64,000 nt of DNA from an uncultured Opitutia bacterium (GCA_903834135.1 CAILHZ010000011.1:22061-86060); one strand, 5' to 3'. Numbered from the stretch's first letter, positions 28,352 to 40,126 are shown. The notes: generated by a model from the sequence alone, not told the origin. A program made the numbers and translations.

Positions 28352-29689
28352 ATGAGTAACGGTACTGCACAAACGACACCCCCTACATCGGCTCAGGCTA
28401 TCACGATCAAGCCAACCGATTTGCGTGGTATTTTAAAATACGTTCCTCGTTTCCAGGGTCAAATTTTTATCATCGCAATTGATGGCTCCATTGTTGCAGA
28501 TGAAAATTTTAGTAATCTCTTAGTCGATATTGCGGTATTAAGAAGCTTAGGCATTAAAGTTGTTTTAGTACACGGCATTAGTAAGCAACTACAAGAGCTT
28601 GCTGAATTACGGAATGTAACAATCAGTAATGCAGATGGGACCGGAGCAACTGATCCTGCGACCTTAGATATTGCAGTGCGCGCTTCATCACGTATATCAC
28701 ACCAGATTTTAGAAGGTTTAACTCAGAATGCACTGAAAGCAGTTATCACAAATGCAGTAAGAGCTGTGCCTGTTGGTATTATTAAAGGTATTGATCAGCA
28801 GCTAACAGGTAGAGTTGACCGTATTGATAAAGAACTGCTGAACGAATTAATCGCTCAGCAAGTAGTTCCGCTTGTCTCACCACTCGCCTTTGGTCCAGAC
28901 GGAAAGTCTCTTCGAGTAAATTCAGATTTACTAGCAGCTGAATTAGCTGAGGCCTTGCACGCTACAAAGATTATCTTCTTAACGCCAAACGCAGGACTAG
29001 AAATTGATGGCCAAGTAAGACGTGAAATTTCAGTAGATCAATTGCGCACTCTTTTACACGAGCACCCAGAAAAATTAAACGAAGCAAGTCGCAGTAAAGC
29101 CGCTCACGCAGTCAAAGCTATTGAAACAGGTACTCCTAGAGTGCATGTCGTGGATGGCCGTGTATTTGATGGTCTATTAAATGAAATCTTCTCAAACGAA
29201 GGCGTAGGTTCTTTAATTTACGGTAACGATTATCAGCAAATTAGAAAAGCAACCCGTAGGGATGTAAGACTTATCTACAATCTTACCCGTAGCGCTGTAA
29301 AAAGAGAAGAACTCTTACATAGAACTCAAGAAGGTATACAAAAGAATATCGATCACTTCTTTGTCTTTGAAATCGATGAAAACATCATCGCTTGCGTGAC
29401 GTTATATTTTTACGCGGAAAATCCAAAGATTGCTGAAGTGGGTTCTCTTTATGTAGTACCTTTCTATCACAATAGAGGCATCGGTAAAAAGATGGTGGAA
29501 TACGCCTGCTTACAAGCAAAGGAAAGTGGAGCTAAGTCCGTAATCGCACTATCTACGCAGAGTTTTGGATTCTTTAGTAATACGTGTGGCTTTGAAGAAG
29601 TGGGTAAAGAAATCTTACCTGAAGCACGCCTTAAACTTTACGACGATAACGGACGTAACGCTAAAGTGCTAGTTAAGCATATCGCTTGA
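28352..29689 (+). CDS. argA: Amino-acid N-acetyltransferase (N-acetylglutamate synthase)
   Basis: N-terminal amino-acid-kinase fold (YVPRFQGQIFIIAIDGS, VVLVHG) and a C-terminal GNAT domain (VVPFYHNRGIGKKMVEYA). Confidence 0.85.
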   Translation: MSNGTAQTTPPTSAQAITIKPTDLRGILKYVPRFQGQIFIIAIDGSIVADENFSNLLVDIAVLRSLGIKVVLVHGISKQLQELAELRNVTISNADGTGATDPATLDIAVRASSRISHQILEGLTQNALKAVITNAVRAVPVGIIKGIDQQLTGRVDRIDKELLNELIAQQVVPLVSPLAFGPDGKSLRVNSDLLAAELAEALHATKIIFLTPNAGLEIDGQVRREISVDQLRTLLHEHPEKLNEASRSKAAHAVKAIETGTPRVHVVDGRVFDGLLNEIFSNEGVGSLIYGNDYQQIRKATRRDVRLIYNLTRSAVKREELLHRTQEGIQKNIDHFFVFEIDENIIACVTLYFYAENPKIAEVGSLYVVPFYHNRGIGKKMVEYACLQAKESGAKSVIALSTQSFGFFSNTCGFEEVGKEILPEARLKLYDDNGRNAKVLVKHIA

Positions 29690-29872
29690 CGTTAATTTTC
29701 TACCTAAAAGATAAATTATCTTTAAAGGTGAGTTGTTTGAAGGTTTTCAGCAAAGATCTAAATTAATTATGCGTTTCACAGTATTGAACTAACAATGGAT
29801 CGTTTAGTTCTGCTGTGTGTTAGTATTATTCGTTAGCAAAATTAGACCATTACCTTACACTAAGCAGTTGCC

Positions 29873-30868
29873 ATGGATTCCCATCATCGCAAAGAACGCA
29901 TTTCAGCAGTCAGTATGCTGCTTCTAGCAAATGCTTTTTGGGGGCTAAGCTTTCCGCTTATAAAATCGCTTATCCTGCTTAATCAAAAATTAAGCCCAGG
30001 TAATGGTATTTTTATTGTAGCATGTACTGTGGCACCGAGGTTTCTTTTAGGCACGGTTATTTTAGCTCTGTGGCAATCACGTAAAACGTCACAAAGTGAT
30101 CAACCATGGCTCACCCGTGCAGAATTTAATCAGGGACTATACTTAGGAATCTTTGGAGCTGCAGGTATGCTGCTGCAAAATGATGCCCTTCGTTTCATGG
30201 ATGCTTCAACATCAGCTTTTCTAACGCAATTTTATGCGCTTATGATTCCGCTTTGGCTTGCTTTAAAGCATCGTAAATTTCCGAGTGCAACTATTCGTAT
30301 CAGTTGTATTTTAGTTTTAGCTGGCGTCGCAATTCTTGGAAATTTCAATTGGCATAACTTCACACTAGGCCGTGGTGAATGGGAAACTCTTCTGTGCTCA
30401 GTCTTCTTTATGGCTCAGGTATTTGGAGTTGAGGGCTCAAGCCATACGGATTGCCGTCATGGGAAAGTAACCCTTGTTTGGCTTGCCTCGGAAGCAATAT
30501 TATTAACCTGCATAGGTATTTTTAGCGGTCCCACAGCTAACGCATTTTGGACACCTTGGACATCACTACCGTGGCTTGGCTTTACTTTTGCCCTTACTTT
30601 ATTCCCTACCCTTGGCTCATTTTCTATTATGTCTAAGTGGCAATCAAAGATTACCGCAACTGAAGCAGGTCTAATCTACTGCTTTGAGCCGATCTTTGGA
30701 TCTTTGTTTTCCCTTGTACTGCCTGCTTTATTGTCTGTATGGGCAATGATCAATTATCCAAATGAAAATCTAAACTCACACCTCTTGATTGGTGGAGCTT
30801 TAATCACTCTAGCCAACGTGTTAATTCAACTTAATCCTCCGCCTAAGTCTCAAGTGAAACTGGAATAG
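29873..30868 (+). CDS. DMT-superfamily (EamA-like) transporter
   Basis: 10 TM segments in two EamA-like halves. Confidence 0.75.
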   Translation: MDSHHRKERISAVSMLLLANAFWGLSFPLIKSLILLNQKLSPGNGIFIVACTVAPRFLLGTVILALWQSRKTSQSDQPWLTRAEFNQGLYLGIFGAAGMLLQNDALRFMDASTSAFLTQFYALMIPLWLALKHRKFPSATIRISCILVLAGVAILGNFNWHNFTLGRGEWETLLCSVFFMAQVFGVEGSSHTDCRHGKVTLVWLASEAILLTCIGIFSGPTANAFWTPWTSLPWLGFTFALTLFPTLGSFSIMSKWQSKITATEAGLIYCFEPIFGSLFSLVLPALLSVWAMINYPNENLNSHLLIGGALITLANVLIQLNPPPKSQVKLE

Positions 30869-31706
30869 AGTTTATTTTTGTCGTTGAAATTGCTCTTACT
30901 GTAACTGCAGTCAAAACAACGACTCCGCCTAAAATCGAGAGTAATGAGGGCTTTTCTCCTACAGCGATGAGAACCCAAATTGGATTTAATATCGGTTCAA
31001 TAACAGGAATTATCACAGCCTCTAAGGCTGTAACGTGGCGAATCGCTTTAGCGTAAAGCCCGTATGATAGTCCTAGTTGGACAACGCCTAAAAGTAAGAG
31101 TGATATCCAGCCTTTTGAACTTAAGTTACTGGAATGAACAATCCATGGTAGACCAATTAAAAATGCTAAGTAGTTACCTAGAATAATAGATTCTACAGGT
31201 GAACCATCTTTCTGCCTACGTAAAGCAATCGTCATACCTGCAAAGAAGAGTCCACTTAAAGCAGCCAGTGTATCACCCAGTAAATGATCCCCCTGCAAAC
31301 CGTCTTTAAAGAACAGTAACATACCAGCTAAAACAAAAAGTATAGTAACCCAATCCTTACGTGTTGCTTTTTCTTTCAGTAACCAAGAACCCAAAAGAGC
31401 TATCCACACGGGGGCAGTGTATTGCAGGAGAATTGCATTAGCAGCCGTGGTAAGTTTAGTCGCAGTACAAAATGTGACGGTACACAAAGCATAACCGAGT
31501 GCTCCTAAAACCTGTGGCCTTGTAAAGGTGAAGTGAAGCGGCCTAGTAATTAGGATTAAAAAAGTACCCGCAAGTAGTCCACGAGCTCCTGCTACAGCAA
31601 GGGGCGCCCAATCAATCGATTTGATTAGTAAGCCACCCAAACTCCATGCAAGGGCAGCAAGGATGAGCTGTGTGACGGCAATTGATCTATCTTTGGAGGA
31701 ATTCAA
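30843..31706 (-). CDS. DMT-superfamily (EamA) transporter
   Basis: 10 TM segments. EamA-type N-terminus ILAALAWSLGGLLIK. Its 3' end overlaps the convergent DMT gene by 26 nt. Confidence 0.85.
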   Translation of the reverse strand: MNSSKDRSIAVTQLILAALAWSLGGLLIKSIDWAPLAVAGARGLLAGTFLILITRPLHFTFTRPQVLGALGYALCTVTFCTATKLTTAANAILLQYTAPVWIALLGSWLLKEKATRKDWVTILFVLAGMLLFFKDGLQGDHLLGDTLAALSGLFFAGMTIALRRQKDGSPVESIILGNYLAFLIGLPWIVHSSNLSSKGWISLLLLGVVQLGLSYGLYAKAIRHVTALEAVIIPVIEPILNPIWVLIAVGEKPSLLSILGGVVVLTAVTVRAISTTKINSIPVSLET

Positions 31707-31799
31707 AGCAATTTGGGACGACTTTAAAGGAACCCAATACCTCTAACGGTGACAAACCCAATGTTTACATCTTACCAAGAGTTTCCCACACTAAACTAA

Positions 31800-33854
31800 A
31801 TGATGTTATCCCAAATCCTGAGTTTGGCATTAGTCCTAGCGCTTAGCTCAATTACCCCTTTTGTTAAGGCGCAAGTTGAAGCAAACCTAGTTACTAGCCA
31901 AACTAGTGTCACTGCTGGCCAGCCCTTTACGGTTGCGCTGCATCTAGTCCATCAAAAACACTGGCACACCTACTGGCTAAACCCAGGGACTGGCTTAGCT
32001 ACAAGTCTTAACTGGACACTGCCTGAGGGCTGGAAAGCATCTGAAATTTTGTGGCCTACTCCGCATATGATCAAAGACGATCACGGTGCTGTAACAGGGA
32101 CAGGCTATGATGATGATTTACTACTTCCCGTAACAATCACACCGGCTGCAAATGCAGCACTAGGTTCAACCGTTTCTCTTTCTGCATCAGCACAGTGGCT
32201 TATGTGTAAGGATGTTTGTAAGCCAGGTGATGCTACCGTTTCTACAAGCGTAACTGTTAGTGAAAAAGCTGTTGAAGATTCAAACTGGGGACAAAAAATT
32301 ATAACAGCTGTAAATGAACTTCCACAATCGAGTGCACTTTGGTCGCTTTCTGCATTTAAAAATAATAAAACAGTCGTACTAACAGCTACTGCTTCAAACC
32401 AGTCACCTTCGGATGTTAAACCCTCCAACCTTCATTTCTTTTCTGATGATGGTTCAATTGCATATGACTTACCTCAGGTTATAGGTGCTGGAAATACTAC
32501 AGAAATTACTCTTCCAATCAGTGCAGATATACCTGCTTCAAATCATCTGGTGGGTGTACTTACTTCTGACACATCATGGCTTCCAGGTAAAAATCTTCAT
32601 GGGCTTAGAGTAGATATTCCAATTTCAGCTGCACGTGCAAGTACGCCTGTTGCATCAGCACAAAGTGCTACGTCTTTTGGTGCTACACTCCTACTGGCAC
32701 TCTTAGGTGGGCTTATTTTAAATTTAATGCCCTGTGTATTTCCTGTGTTAGGAATTAAAATTTTAGGCTTTGTTAACCAAGCAGGAAGTGAAAGAAAAAA
32801 AGTTATCCTTCATGGCCTTACCTTCACTTTAGGTGTCGTACTTTCTTTTTGGGTATTGGTTGCTATTTTAACTATTCTTAAAACAGGTGGAGCTCAGCTT
32901 GGCTGGGGTTTTCAACTGCAATCAGCAGCCTTTGTATTCTCACTTGCTGCTGTCATGCTTGTATTCGCACTTAATTTAAGTGGCGTATTTGAATTTGGTC
33001 TTTCTGCGACATCTGTGGGAGGAAATCTTCAAATGCAGTCTGGCTTCATGGGGTCATTCTTTACTGGGATTCTTGCAACCATGGTGGCTACTCCATGTAG
33101 CGCGCCTTTCCTAGCTCCCGCCTTAGGTGCGGCGTTAACGATGTCGACTGTAGAATCCTTTACGGTATTCACAGCCGTAGCCTTAGGCTTATCAGCTCCC
33201 TATCTTTTGCTCTCAATTTTTCCAGCTGCGATTCGTGTTCTTCCAAAGCCAGGTGCTTGGATGGAAACCTTTAAGCAGTTCATGGCTTTTCCATTGTACG
33301 CAACTGTCGCTTATTTAGTTTGGGTCTTAGCAGGACAGGTTAATGAAGCAGGTCTTTTATCTTCGCTTATCGGCTTAGTCTTAGTTGCAATGGCTGTTTG
33401 GATTTACGGAAGGTATAGCCAAAGAAAAGCACGTGTAGCCACTGTTCTTACTAGTCTTGTTCTTTTAGGCGGCTTATGGACAGGTTGGCCTCTAGCTCCT
33501 GCAGCTAGTGAAATCAAATGGACTCCATGGAGTACACAGACAATAGAACAACTCAGATCTGAGGGACGCATCGTATACGTCGATTTTACAGCGCGTTGGT
33601 GTGCAACCTGTCAGGCAAATAAGAAAGTCGTTTTTCACTCGAATGATGTCTTAAAACTTTTCCGGGATAAGAATATAGCTACTGTACGTGGAGATTGGAC
33701 AAATCGTGATCCCCTTATTTCTCAGGAATTAGCAAAATATTCGCGTAGTGCAGTTCCCTTTAATTTAGTATGGCTACCAGGTAAAGCAGATCCAGTTCTA
33801 CTGCCTGAACTACTCACACCAAATATTGTCATTGATGCAGTGAATCAAAAATAG
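31800..33854 (+). CDS. DsbD/ScsB-family thiol:disulfide interchange (protein-disulfide reductase) protein
   Basis: Three-domain layout. The N-terminal periplasmic domain has CKDVCKPG. The central CcdA-like membrane core has the MPCVFP and TPCSAPF cysteines. The C-terminal thioredoxin domain has WCATCQ. Confidence 0.85.
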   Translation: MMLSQILSLALVLALSSITPFVKAQVEANLVTSQTSVTAGQPFTVALHLVHQKHWHTYWLNPGTGLATSLNWTLPEGWKASEILWPTPHMIKDDHGAVTGTGYDDDLLLPVTITPAANAALGSTVSLSASAQWLMCKDVCKPGDATVSTSVTVSEKAVEDSNWGQKIITAVNELPQSSALWSLSAFKNNKTVVLTATASNQSPSDVKPSNLHFFSDDGSIAYDLPQVIGAGNTTEITLPISADIPASNHLVGVLTSDTSWLPGKNLHGLRVDIPISAARASTPVASAQSATSFGATLLLALLGGLILNLMPCVFPVLGIKILGFVNQAGSERKKVILHGLTFTLGVVLSFWVLVAILTILKTGGAQLGWGFQLQSAAFVFSLAAVMLVFALNLSGVFEFGLSATSVGGNLQMQSGFMGSFFTGILATMVATPCSAPFLAPALGAALTMSTVESFTVFTAVALGLSAPYLLLSIFPAAIRVLPKPGAWMETFKQFMAFPLYATVAYLVWVLAGQVNEAGLLSSLIGLVLVAMAVWIYGRYSQRKARVATVLTSLVLLGGLWTGWPLAPAASEIKWTPWSTQTIEQLRSEGRIVYVDFTARWCATCQANKKVVFHSNDVLKLFRDKNIATVRGDWTNRDPLISQELAKYSRSAVPFNLVWLPGKADPVLLPELLTPNIVIDAVNQK

Positions 33855-33872
33855 GAAGTAAATTTGTATTCA

Positions 33873-34391
33873 ATGAGATTAATTACGTGCACAAGAAAGC
33901 ACAGCCAAGCCATTCTTGATATCTTCAATGATGCGATTGTTAATTCAACCGCACTGTATGATTACAAGCCACGTAATCTAGAAACCATGGCTACATGGTT
34001 TGATCTTAAAGATAAGACAAAGCATCCTGTGATCGGCATTGAAACTCCTGAAGGAGTTTTAATGGGCTTTGCAACTTATGGTGTATTTAGGGAAAAACCT
34101 GCTTATAAGTACTCCGTTGAGCACTCTGTTTATGTTGCTTCTGAATTTCGTGGCAAAGGCGTTGGACGTTTCTTACTTAAAAACATCATTGAATTAGCAA
34201 AGAAAAATGGCCTGCACATGATGATTGGAGCAATTGATGCATCAAATCAAGTCAGTGTGCATTTGCATAAATCAATGGGTTTTGAGCACTGCGGCACGAT
34301 CAAACAATCGGGCTTTAAGTTCGGAAAATGGCTAGATCTTGAGTTTTTTCAGCTTATATTACCCACTCCTACAGACCCAACAGATGGTTAA
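33873..34391 (+). CDS. GNAT N-acetyltransferase, phosphinothricin/methionine-sulfoximine acetyltransferase-like
   Basis: ILDIFNDAIVNSTALYDY...RGKGVGRFLLKNIIELAKKNGLHMMIGAI is the PAT/YwnH-type pattern. ATG at 33873; the track start at 33864 is TTG. Confidence 0.8.
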   Translation: MRLITCTRKHSQAILDIFNDAIVNSTALYDYKPRNLETMATWFDLKDKTKHPVIGIETPEGVLMGFATYGVFREKPAYKYSVEHSVYVASEFRGKGVGRFLLKNIIELAKKNGLHMMIGAIDASNQVSVHLHKSMGFEHCGTIKQSGFKFGKWLDLEFFQLILPTPTDPTDG

Positions 34392-34481
34392 GTTGCTGGA
34401 ATTAGGGTAATTAACTGTTTTTTAGAAACCCTTGACGCAGCCCGATAGAATAATAACTTACAAGAAGTTAGTGTTACTTTT

Positions 34482-34556
<75 letters not shown>

Positions 34557-34561
34557 CTTTT

Positions 34562-34596
34562 AAAAACCCCATAACCCAAGAAGTTATGGGGTTTTT
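34562..34596. terminator. Intrinsic terminator after the tRNA (bidirectional layout)
   Basis: A5 - CCCCATAAC (34567-34575) - loop CCAAGAA - GTTATGGGG (34583-34591) - T5. Confidence 0.8.
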
Positions 34597-34639
34597 GCTT
34601 TCCGGTGAATTCTCCTTAAACCGAAACAACCGACTTCAG

Positions 34640-36688
34640 TCAAAAATCATAAACAAGTCCTGCGCTAGGTAATAAAGGCAACTGATCCCTTGGCTTAAGC
34701 GTATTGGTCAGAATACCCCCAACAGACGTTACTGTATGATCATAGCCTATTAAATTATAATGATTATAGGCATTAAATATATCCAAGTACATGCGCAAGG
34801 TTCCATGGGCTGTTACTAGTCTATGTGTGAGTCTTAAATCCAAACGATGATAGGAAGGTAAATTAAGACCATATATTGCACCATTCCTAGCACTCAAGTA
34901 CTGCTGGCCGTTAGTTAATGGCACGTACGAATATAAAACATTAGTTGTAGGCCAGCCTGTGTGGTACTGCCAATCGGCACTTAACTGCCATGAATGATTA
35001 AAAGAATAAGTAAAATCAGTATAAATAGTATTACGCTGATCACGTGCTCGAGGAGTTAATACCCCATTAATTGTTTCATTAGATTTAGCTAATGAGTAAT
35101 TGAAATTCCAAGTAAGAGTTTTACTTAATTTATTACTAATAAGTATCTCTACACCCTTAGCTTCTGCACGTGTTGGCGAAATATATAAATAATCACTCTG
35201 CACTTCTGGAAACAGCTGGTACCCATTATTCACATTCTCCCAGTAGGGCTTTATATGTGACTCTATTTTATCGTACACTTCTACTCTAATCTCTGCGGAT
35301 AAACCTAATTTATGCTCATAGCTTAAGATACGATGTTCAGCTCTTTGCTGACGCTTAAACTGAACTTCACCTTCAGCAATAGTTAATTCGTTAAGCTCTT
35401 GCACTTGAGAATAAAGGCCCCAGCTAGTACGAAATACACCACCTAAAAAGTTATACGATACAGCAATGCGTGGATTTACCTCACTTCCACGTGATAGATT
35501 TGCGTGATCGCCGCGGACACCAATCTCTGCAAATAAATCTTTAAGTGGATTAAACCTTACTTTTGCAAATTCACCTACTTGATCACCCTTAGGCTTTATA
35601 AGTGTGCGCTGCTGAATAAGTGCAGCAGTGACCTTACCATTAATCACTTGGTTTTGCTGTCGGCTTAATGTGTATGAATAATTAGCACTATCTTTTTGAG
35701 CATTAAATCCAAAATCTACTACCACTAATTCATTAACACTTACATGCCACTTTTGCTTTAATTTTAACTCATCGATACGACGATCATCAGATAACTTAAA
35801 GGGATACCCATCGAGAAATCCAGCGCCAGTACGAGAATTTCTTATTCGATCTACAGATAATACAGTATCCATATCTACAGTGTCGCTTATCTTAGAGTTC
35901 CATCGAGACCATAAATAATCATTCGAATACGCACTCTTAAGATTAGGATCATTTGGATGCGTATAACCTAACGTATCAGAGCCGTGCAGGAATTCTAATG
36001 AAATAGAATTTTTTGGATTTATGATAAACAAGTATTTAGTAAATAAATCATAATATCTAGGTGTCACCTCTTGATAGCGATTTGCTAAATGCATCGCTAC
36101 ATCAGGGTAACCACGACGAGCTGAAACTAGAATACTGCTTCTACCCGAATTAAAGCCATGTGCTGTAACAACACCAAAACCAGTTAAACTAAGAGATAAT
36201 CGGTCTAAGGTCTGAGTGCTCGATTTTGTCTGCATATCAAGAACGCCTGACAACTTACCTCCAAAATCCACACCAAAACCACCTGTAGAAAATTGCAGGC
36301 TACTTATAATTTGGGGATCAACAATCGATAAAGCTCCGTCTATATCTTTAAGGTGAAACGGTTCATTTAATTCTACCCCATCTAGAAGTGATTTAATTTC
36401 ACTAAAAGGAGTACCTCGTACCGAAAATTTAGCCGTAAAGTCGTCGGTTGCTAGACCAGGTAGTCTTGCAATCGATCTATAAAGATCATCACCGATCTGA
36501 GGGAGCTCTTCAAGCTGTTGACTACTCAAAGATACGGCAGAAGCATACTGATTATCGGCCACGCTGTATTGACTTGGCGTTACAATCAGCTGACTTATTT
36601 TTAGCGGTACATCATCTACTGCAAATGTATGACTTACTAGGCCTAGACTAAAAGCAATAGCTAAAGCCAAATTACGTTGGGGAAGCAT
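34640..36688 (-). CDS. TonB-dependent outer-membrane receptor
   Basis: Signal peptide. Plug-domain pattern ([17 protein letters not shown]...[12 protein letters not shown]). Long beta-barrel with alternating hydrophobicity and an aromatic terminus ...GLVYDF. Confidence 0.85.
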   Translation of the reverse strand: MLPQRNLALAIAFSLGLVSHTFAVDDVPLKISQLIVTPSQYSVADNQYASAVSLSSQQLEELPQIGDDLYRSIARLPGLATDDFTAKFSVRGTPFSEIKSLLDGVELNEPFHLKDIDGALSIVDPQIISSLQFSTGGFGVDFGGKLSGVLDMQTKSSTQTLDRLSLSLTGFGVVTAHGFNSGRSSILVSARRGYPDVAMHLANRYQEVTPRYYDLFTKYLFIINPKNSISLEFLHGSDTLGYTHPNDPNLKSAYSNDYLWSRWNSKISDTVDMDTVLSVDRIRNSRTGAGFLDGYPFKLSDDRRIDELKLKQKWHVSVNELVVVDFGFNAQKDSANYSYTLSRQQNQVINGKVTAALIQQRTLIKPKGDQVGEFAKVRFNPLKDLFAEIGVRGDHANLSRGSEVNPRIAVSYNFLGGVFRTSWGLYSQVQELNELTIAEGEVQFKRQQRAEHRILSYEHKLGLSAEIRVEVYDKIESHIKPYWENVNNGYQLFPEVQSDYLYISPTRAEAKGVEILISNKLSKTLTWNFNYSLAKSNETINGVLTPRARDQRNTIYTDFTYSFNHSWQLSADWQYHTGWPTTNVLYSYVPLTNGQQYLSARNGAIYGLNLPSYHRLDLRLTHRLVTAHGTLRMYLDIFNAYNHYNLIGYDHTVTSVGGILTNTLKPRDQLPLLPSAGLVYDF

Positions 36689-36826
36689 TCACATGTGCTA
36701 TAGCAGTATGGATCTGCGCTCAAAGCAAAAATCAGAGATTGAGGACAGCTAATTTAGTTCCAGCAAATATTGGTTAGTCTAACTTGTTAAGTCGCGCAAG
36801 TCGTGTATCAGTATACTACAATTAGT

Positions 36827-37510
36827 ATGCATATAGATAAAAAGACAGCAGTCATTGATGCACAAACTATAGTCAAAAGCTATGGTACTAGTATCGTATT
36901 AAAAGGTGTATCGTGCAAAGTGTACGCAGGTGAGCGTCTCGCCCTTACAGGTCCTTCAGGTAGCGGAAAAACAACATTGCTTAACTGCCTAGGCGGCCTT
37001 GATCATTTTGATAGCGGTACTATTCTTTTCTCAGGTACCAATTTACATGCTTTGAATAGCACAGAACTAGCCAGGTTGCGTAGAGAAAAGATAGGGACGG
37101 TATTTCAGTTTTTTAATCTCCTACCCACGCTTACAGTAACTGAAAACATTGAACTTCCGTTACAACTTACGAAGACCCCAAAAGCGGAGCGTATAGGCCG
37201 AGTTCAGCACCTACTTTCTAAGGTTGGTTTACTCAAACGGGGCTCAGCATACCCCTCTGAACTTTCAGGAGGTGAACAACAAAGAATCGCGATAGCACGA
37301 GCACTAGCCCATAAGCCAGATCTGATCTTAGCAGATGAGCCTACCGGGAATCTCGATTCAGTCAGTGGCCAAAGTATTTTAACTTTATTTAGAGAAATTA
37401 CAGATGATCATGGTCCTGCTCTAATTATTGTGACACATAGTGAAGAGGTTGCTGCAATATGTCACAGACGTATCCATCTCAAAGATGGCGTCATCTTAAG
37501 GGAGTCCTAA
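36827..37510 (+). CDS. ABC transporter ATP-binding protein (YbbA/AttE/LolD-like)
   Basis: Walker [10 protein letters not shown], signature LSGGEQQR, Walker B LILADEPT. The ATG at 36827 is preferred over the GTG at 36803. Confidence 0.9.
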   Translation: MHIDKKTAVIDAQTIVKSYGTSIVLKGVSCKVYAGERLALTGPSGSGKTTLLNCLGGLDHFDSGTILFSGTNLHALNSTELARLRREKIGTVFQFFNLLPTLTVTENIELPLQLTKTPKAERIGRVQHLLSKVGLLKRGSAYPSELSGGEQQRIAIARALAHKPDLILADEPTGNLDSVSGQSILTLFREITDDHGPALIIVTHSEEVAAICHRRIHLKDGVILRES

Positions 37511-37516
37511 AAGACT

Positions 37517-40126
37517 ATGGCAATTCTTTGGCTACTCATCAGGAGAACCACCTTAAGACATTGGCGTTTCTCATTAAAGCAAAACGTAATTCTTATTTTA
37601 GTTTTGTCGCTCGGTATTGGTGTCTATTTTTCAATTCGCTTAGCTAATCGCGCAGCTATCGCTAGCTTTCACAGTTTTACAACTTCTCTAACAGGCCAAA
37701 GCGATTGGATCATTGAACCTAAGGTAGGTTATTTTAAAGAAGAAATAATTTCAGAATTAAGCACCCTACTAGGCTCACAAGCAGTACATATCGTTCCTGT
37801 ATGTGAAGCAAGTGCCACAGAAGTAACCTCTGATCGATCTGTCAGCCAGTTAAACGCAAACACCTACACTTTATTAGGAATTGATTTAATCGGAATTAGT
37901 AACTTGCCGCTTAGCCAGAAAAGTTCTGCTGTTTATTTGAATCAAAGTAACGAATTTTGGAGCAATTTAAGATCAGGCCCTAAAGTGTGGGTTCCTGAAG
38001 CTCTAAAAAATAAGAGATCTATTAGCCTTATTATTTCTGATAAAATAGTAGTATTACCTGTTGCAGGAGTAATTCCAAGTGATCCAGAAAAACCCAAAAT
38101 TCCGGACTCACTGCTTGTAATGGACCTACCTGATTTGCAAACACTCAGTGCAAAATTAGGACTATTAAACAGAATCGAATTTGTTGTTGAACCAGGAATT
38201 AATTTTGAAGAACGCCGTATCAAATTAGGACGCACTTTATCTGAGGCCGGACTTCAAACAAACCACTGGAGTGTTAAAACTGATGAGTCTAAACGAGTAA
38301 ATGCTCAGATTATGACCCAAGCGTTTAGTTATAATTTAACTATACTCTCCTTAATTGCATTACTGGTTGGCCTGTACTTAGTCTTTCAAGCCTTAGACGG
38401 AGCTGTAGTGAGACGACGCCTAGAAATAGCAGTCCTTCGATCACTGGGTGTTTCACCCAAACAAATTAGAGCTATCTGGATATTAGAAGCAGCCTTGTTA
38501 GGTCTTCTAGGAGGCTTAGGCGGCTTACTGCTAGGTTGGCTAGGCTCTTACGAAGCTGTCAAAATTGTGGGAAGAACTGTAAATGCACTTTATTTTAGCA
38601 CTACAGTTAAAGCGACCCACTTTGAAATCAGTGAAGCCTTGCTTGCCTTGTGTCTAGCAATCGGTGCAAGTGTTCTAGCTGGATGGTGGCCAGCCAAAGA
38701 GGCTGCTGAGGTATCTCCCGCTCAAGAACTTGTACGCTCACACGTTACCCATCAAGGTACTCCGCTATGGAAAAACCCAACCTTGGGCTTATCCTTAGCT
38801 GCTGCAGGGTTTGTCCTGATTCAGTTTCATGCAATAAGACTACCAGGTGGCGTAAGACTACCCTTTGCTGGTTACTGTGCAGCTCTTGCTTGGATTGCAG
38901 GAGCCGGGATGCTATGTGCAGCAAGTTTACCGTTTGCCGGTAAATGCTTTAAACAAATTGGAAAGGCGCGTATCTCATTTAGAATTGCAGGAGGCTATCT
39001 AACTAAGGCCTCCAGTAGGCATCGACTTGCTGTAGCAGCACTAGTCTGTGCAATTGGAATGTGTGCTGGTATGGCAATCCTTGTCGCTAGCTTTGAGAAG
39101 ACAATTAAAGGCTGGGTCAGTCAGGTACTTCAAGCTGATCTTTATTTATACAGCGCTAGTTCAAGAAATGTTACTGAAGCGAGTCGGATACCAGAAGCAA
39201 CATGGCATAAGATAGCTTCACATCCAGGCATAGCGGAAGCCTGGGTACTCACAACCTATTTGTTTGAAATGAGCCCAGGACAATCCGTGCTACTAACGGG
39301 TAATAATTTAGCACTGATTAAACGCTATAACAATTTACCATGGGTTGAAAAACCAGATGACGAAACTGTTTTTGATCAAACGCGTAATGAACACTCAGTC
39401 TTAGTGAGTGAAAGTTTCTCAGAGCGCTACCAATTATATAAAGGAATGACACTTAACATTCCTTTTAATGGAGTAAATCATAGCGTAAAAATTGCGGCTG
39501 TTTTTGCAGACTATGGAAATGAACGTGGCTCAATAATCATTGATCGAATTCATTTAGTTAACTGGACAAACGACAATTCAGTTACTCACATTTCTCTTAT
39601 GCTTAAGCCCGGTGTTAAAGCGGCAACCCTTAGAGCACTATTATTAAAAGAATATCCCGGATTTAATATTTTAACACATGGTGATTTAAGAGACGAGGTT
39701 CTGCTTATTTTCCACCAGACCTTTTCTATTACCTATGCACTAGAAATCATAGGCGTCCTAGTAGCTGTTGCAGGCATTGGCTTAACAATGACTAGTATTT
39801 TAACGGACCGCTTTGATGAATTGATCACGCTAAGATCTTTAGGTTTCACACATAATGAAATTGCATATGCCTCTGCAATTGAAGGCTTAGCCCTCGCTCT
39901 TTGGTCCTTACTGTGGGGCATAGGCTTAAGTTTAGGCCTGGGTTGGATTTTAATCTACATTGTCAATAAACAGGCCTTTGGATGGACACTAGGCACGGCA
40001 CTACCGGTAACTAATTTAATAATTCTTTGCTGCAGCGTTGCATCATCTGGTTTTATTTTAAGTTATATCGTGGCCTACTTAGGTAGCAGACTGCCTGTCG
40101 ATAAAGTAAGCTCCCATGAAATATAA
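37517..40126 (+). CDS. ABC transporter permease with two FtsX-type domains (YbbP/AttFG-like)
   Basis: 869 aa. Two 4-TM FtsX modules, each preceded by a large periplasmic domain (MacB-type topology duplicated). Confidence 0.85.
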   Translation: MAILWLLIRRTTLRHWRFSLKQNVILILVLSLGIGVYFSIRLANRAAIASFHSFTTSLTGQSDWIIEPKVGYFKEEIISELSTLLGSQAVHIVPVCEASATEVTSDRSVSQLNANTYTLLGIDLIGISNLPLSQKSSAVYLNQSNEFWSNLRSGPKVWVPEALKNKRSISLIISDKIVVLPVAGVIPSDPEKPKIPDSLLVMDLPDLQTLSAKLGLLNRIEFVVEPGINFEERRIKLGRTLSEAGLQTNHWSVKTDESKRVNAQIMTQAFSYNLTILSLIALLVGLYLVFQALDGAVVRRRLEIAVLRSLGVSPKQIRAIWILEAALLGLLGGLGGLLLGWLGSYEAVKIVGRTVNALYFSTTVKATHFEISEALLALCLAIGASVLAGWWPAKEAAEVSPAQELVRSHVTHQGTPLWKNPTLGLSLAAAGFVLIQFHAIRLPGGVRLPFAGYCAALAWIAGAGMLCAASLPFAGKCFKQIGKARISFRIAGGYLTKASSRHRLAVAALVCAIGMCAGMAILVASFEKTIKGWVSQVLQADLYLYSASSRNVTEASRIPEATWHKIASHPGIAEAWVLTTYLFEMSPGQSVLLTGNNLALIKRYNNLPWVEKPDDETVFDQTRNEHSVLVSESFSERYQLYKGMTLNIPFNGVNHSVKIAAVFADYGNERGSIIIDRIHLVNWTNDNSVTHISLMLKPGVKAATLRALLLKEYPGFNILTHGDLRDEVLLIFHQTFSITYALEIIGVLVAVAGIGLTMTSILTDRFDELITLRSLGFTHNEIAYASAIEGLALALWSLLWGIGLSLGLGWILIYIVNKQAFGWTLGTALPVTNLIILCCSVASSGFILSYIVAYLGSRLPVDKVSSHEI

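Noticed and set aside
29717-29733. 17-bp palindrome AAAGATAA-A-TTATCTTT after argA as a terminator
   Set aside because: It is entirely A/T-rich and has no following U-run. It may be a weak hairpin or a protein site, but nothing supports a call.
37459-37647. 62-aa ORF spanning the ABC ATPase/permease junction
   Set aside because: It is out of frame with, and overlaps, two well-supported genes.
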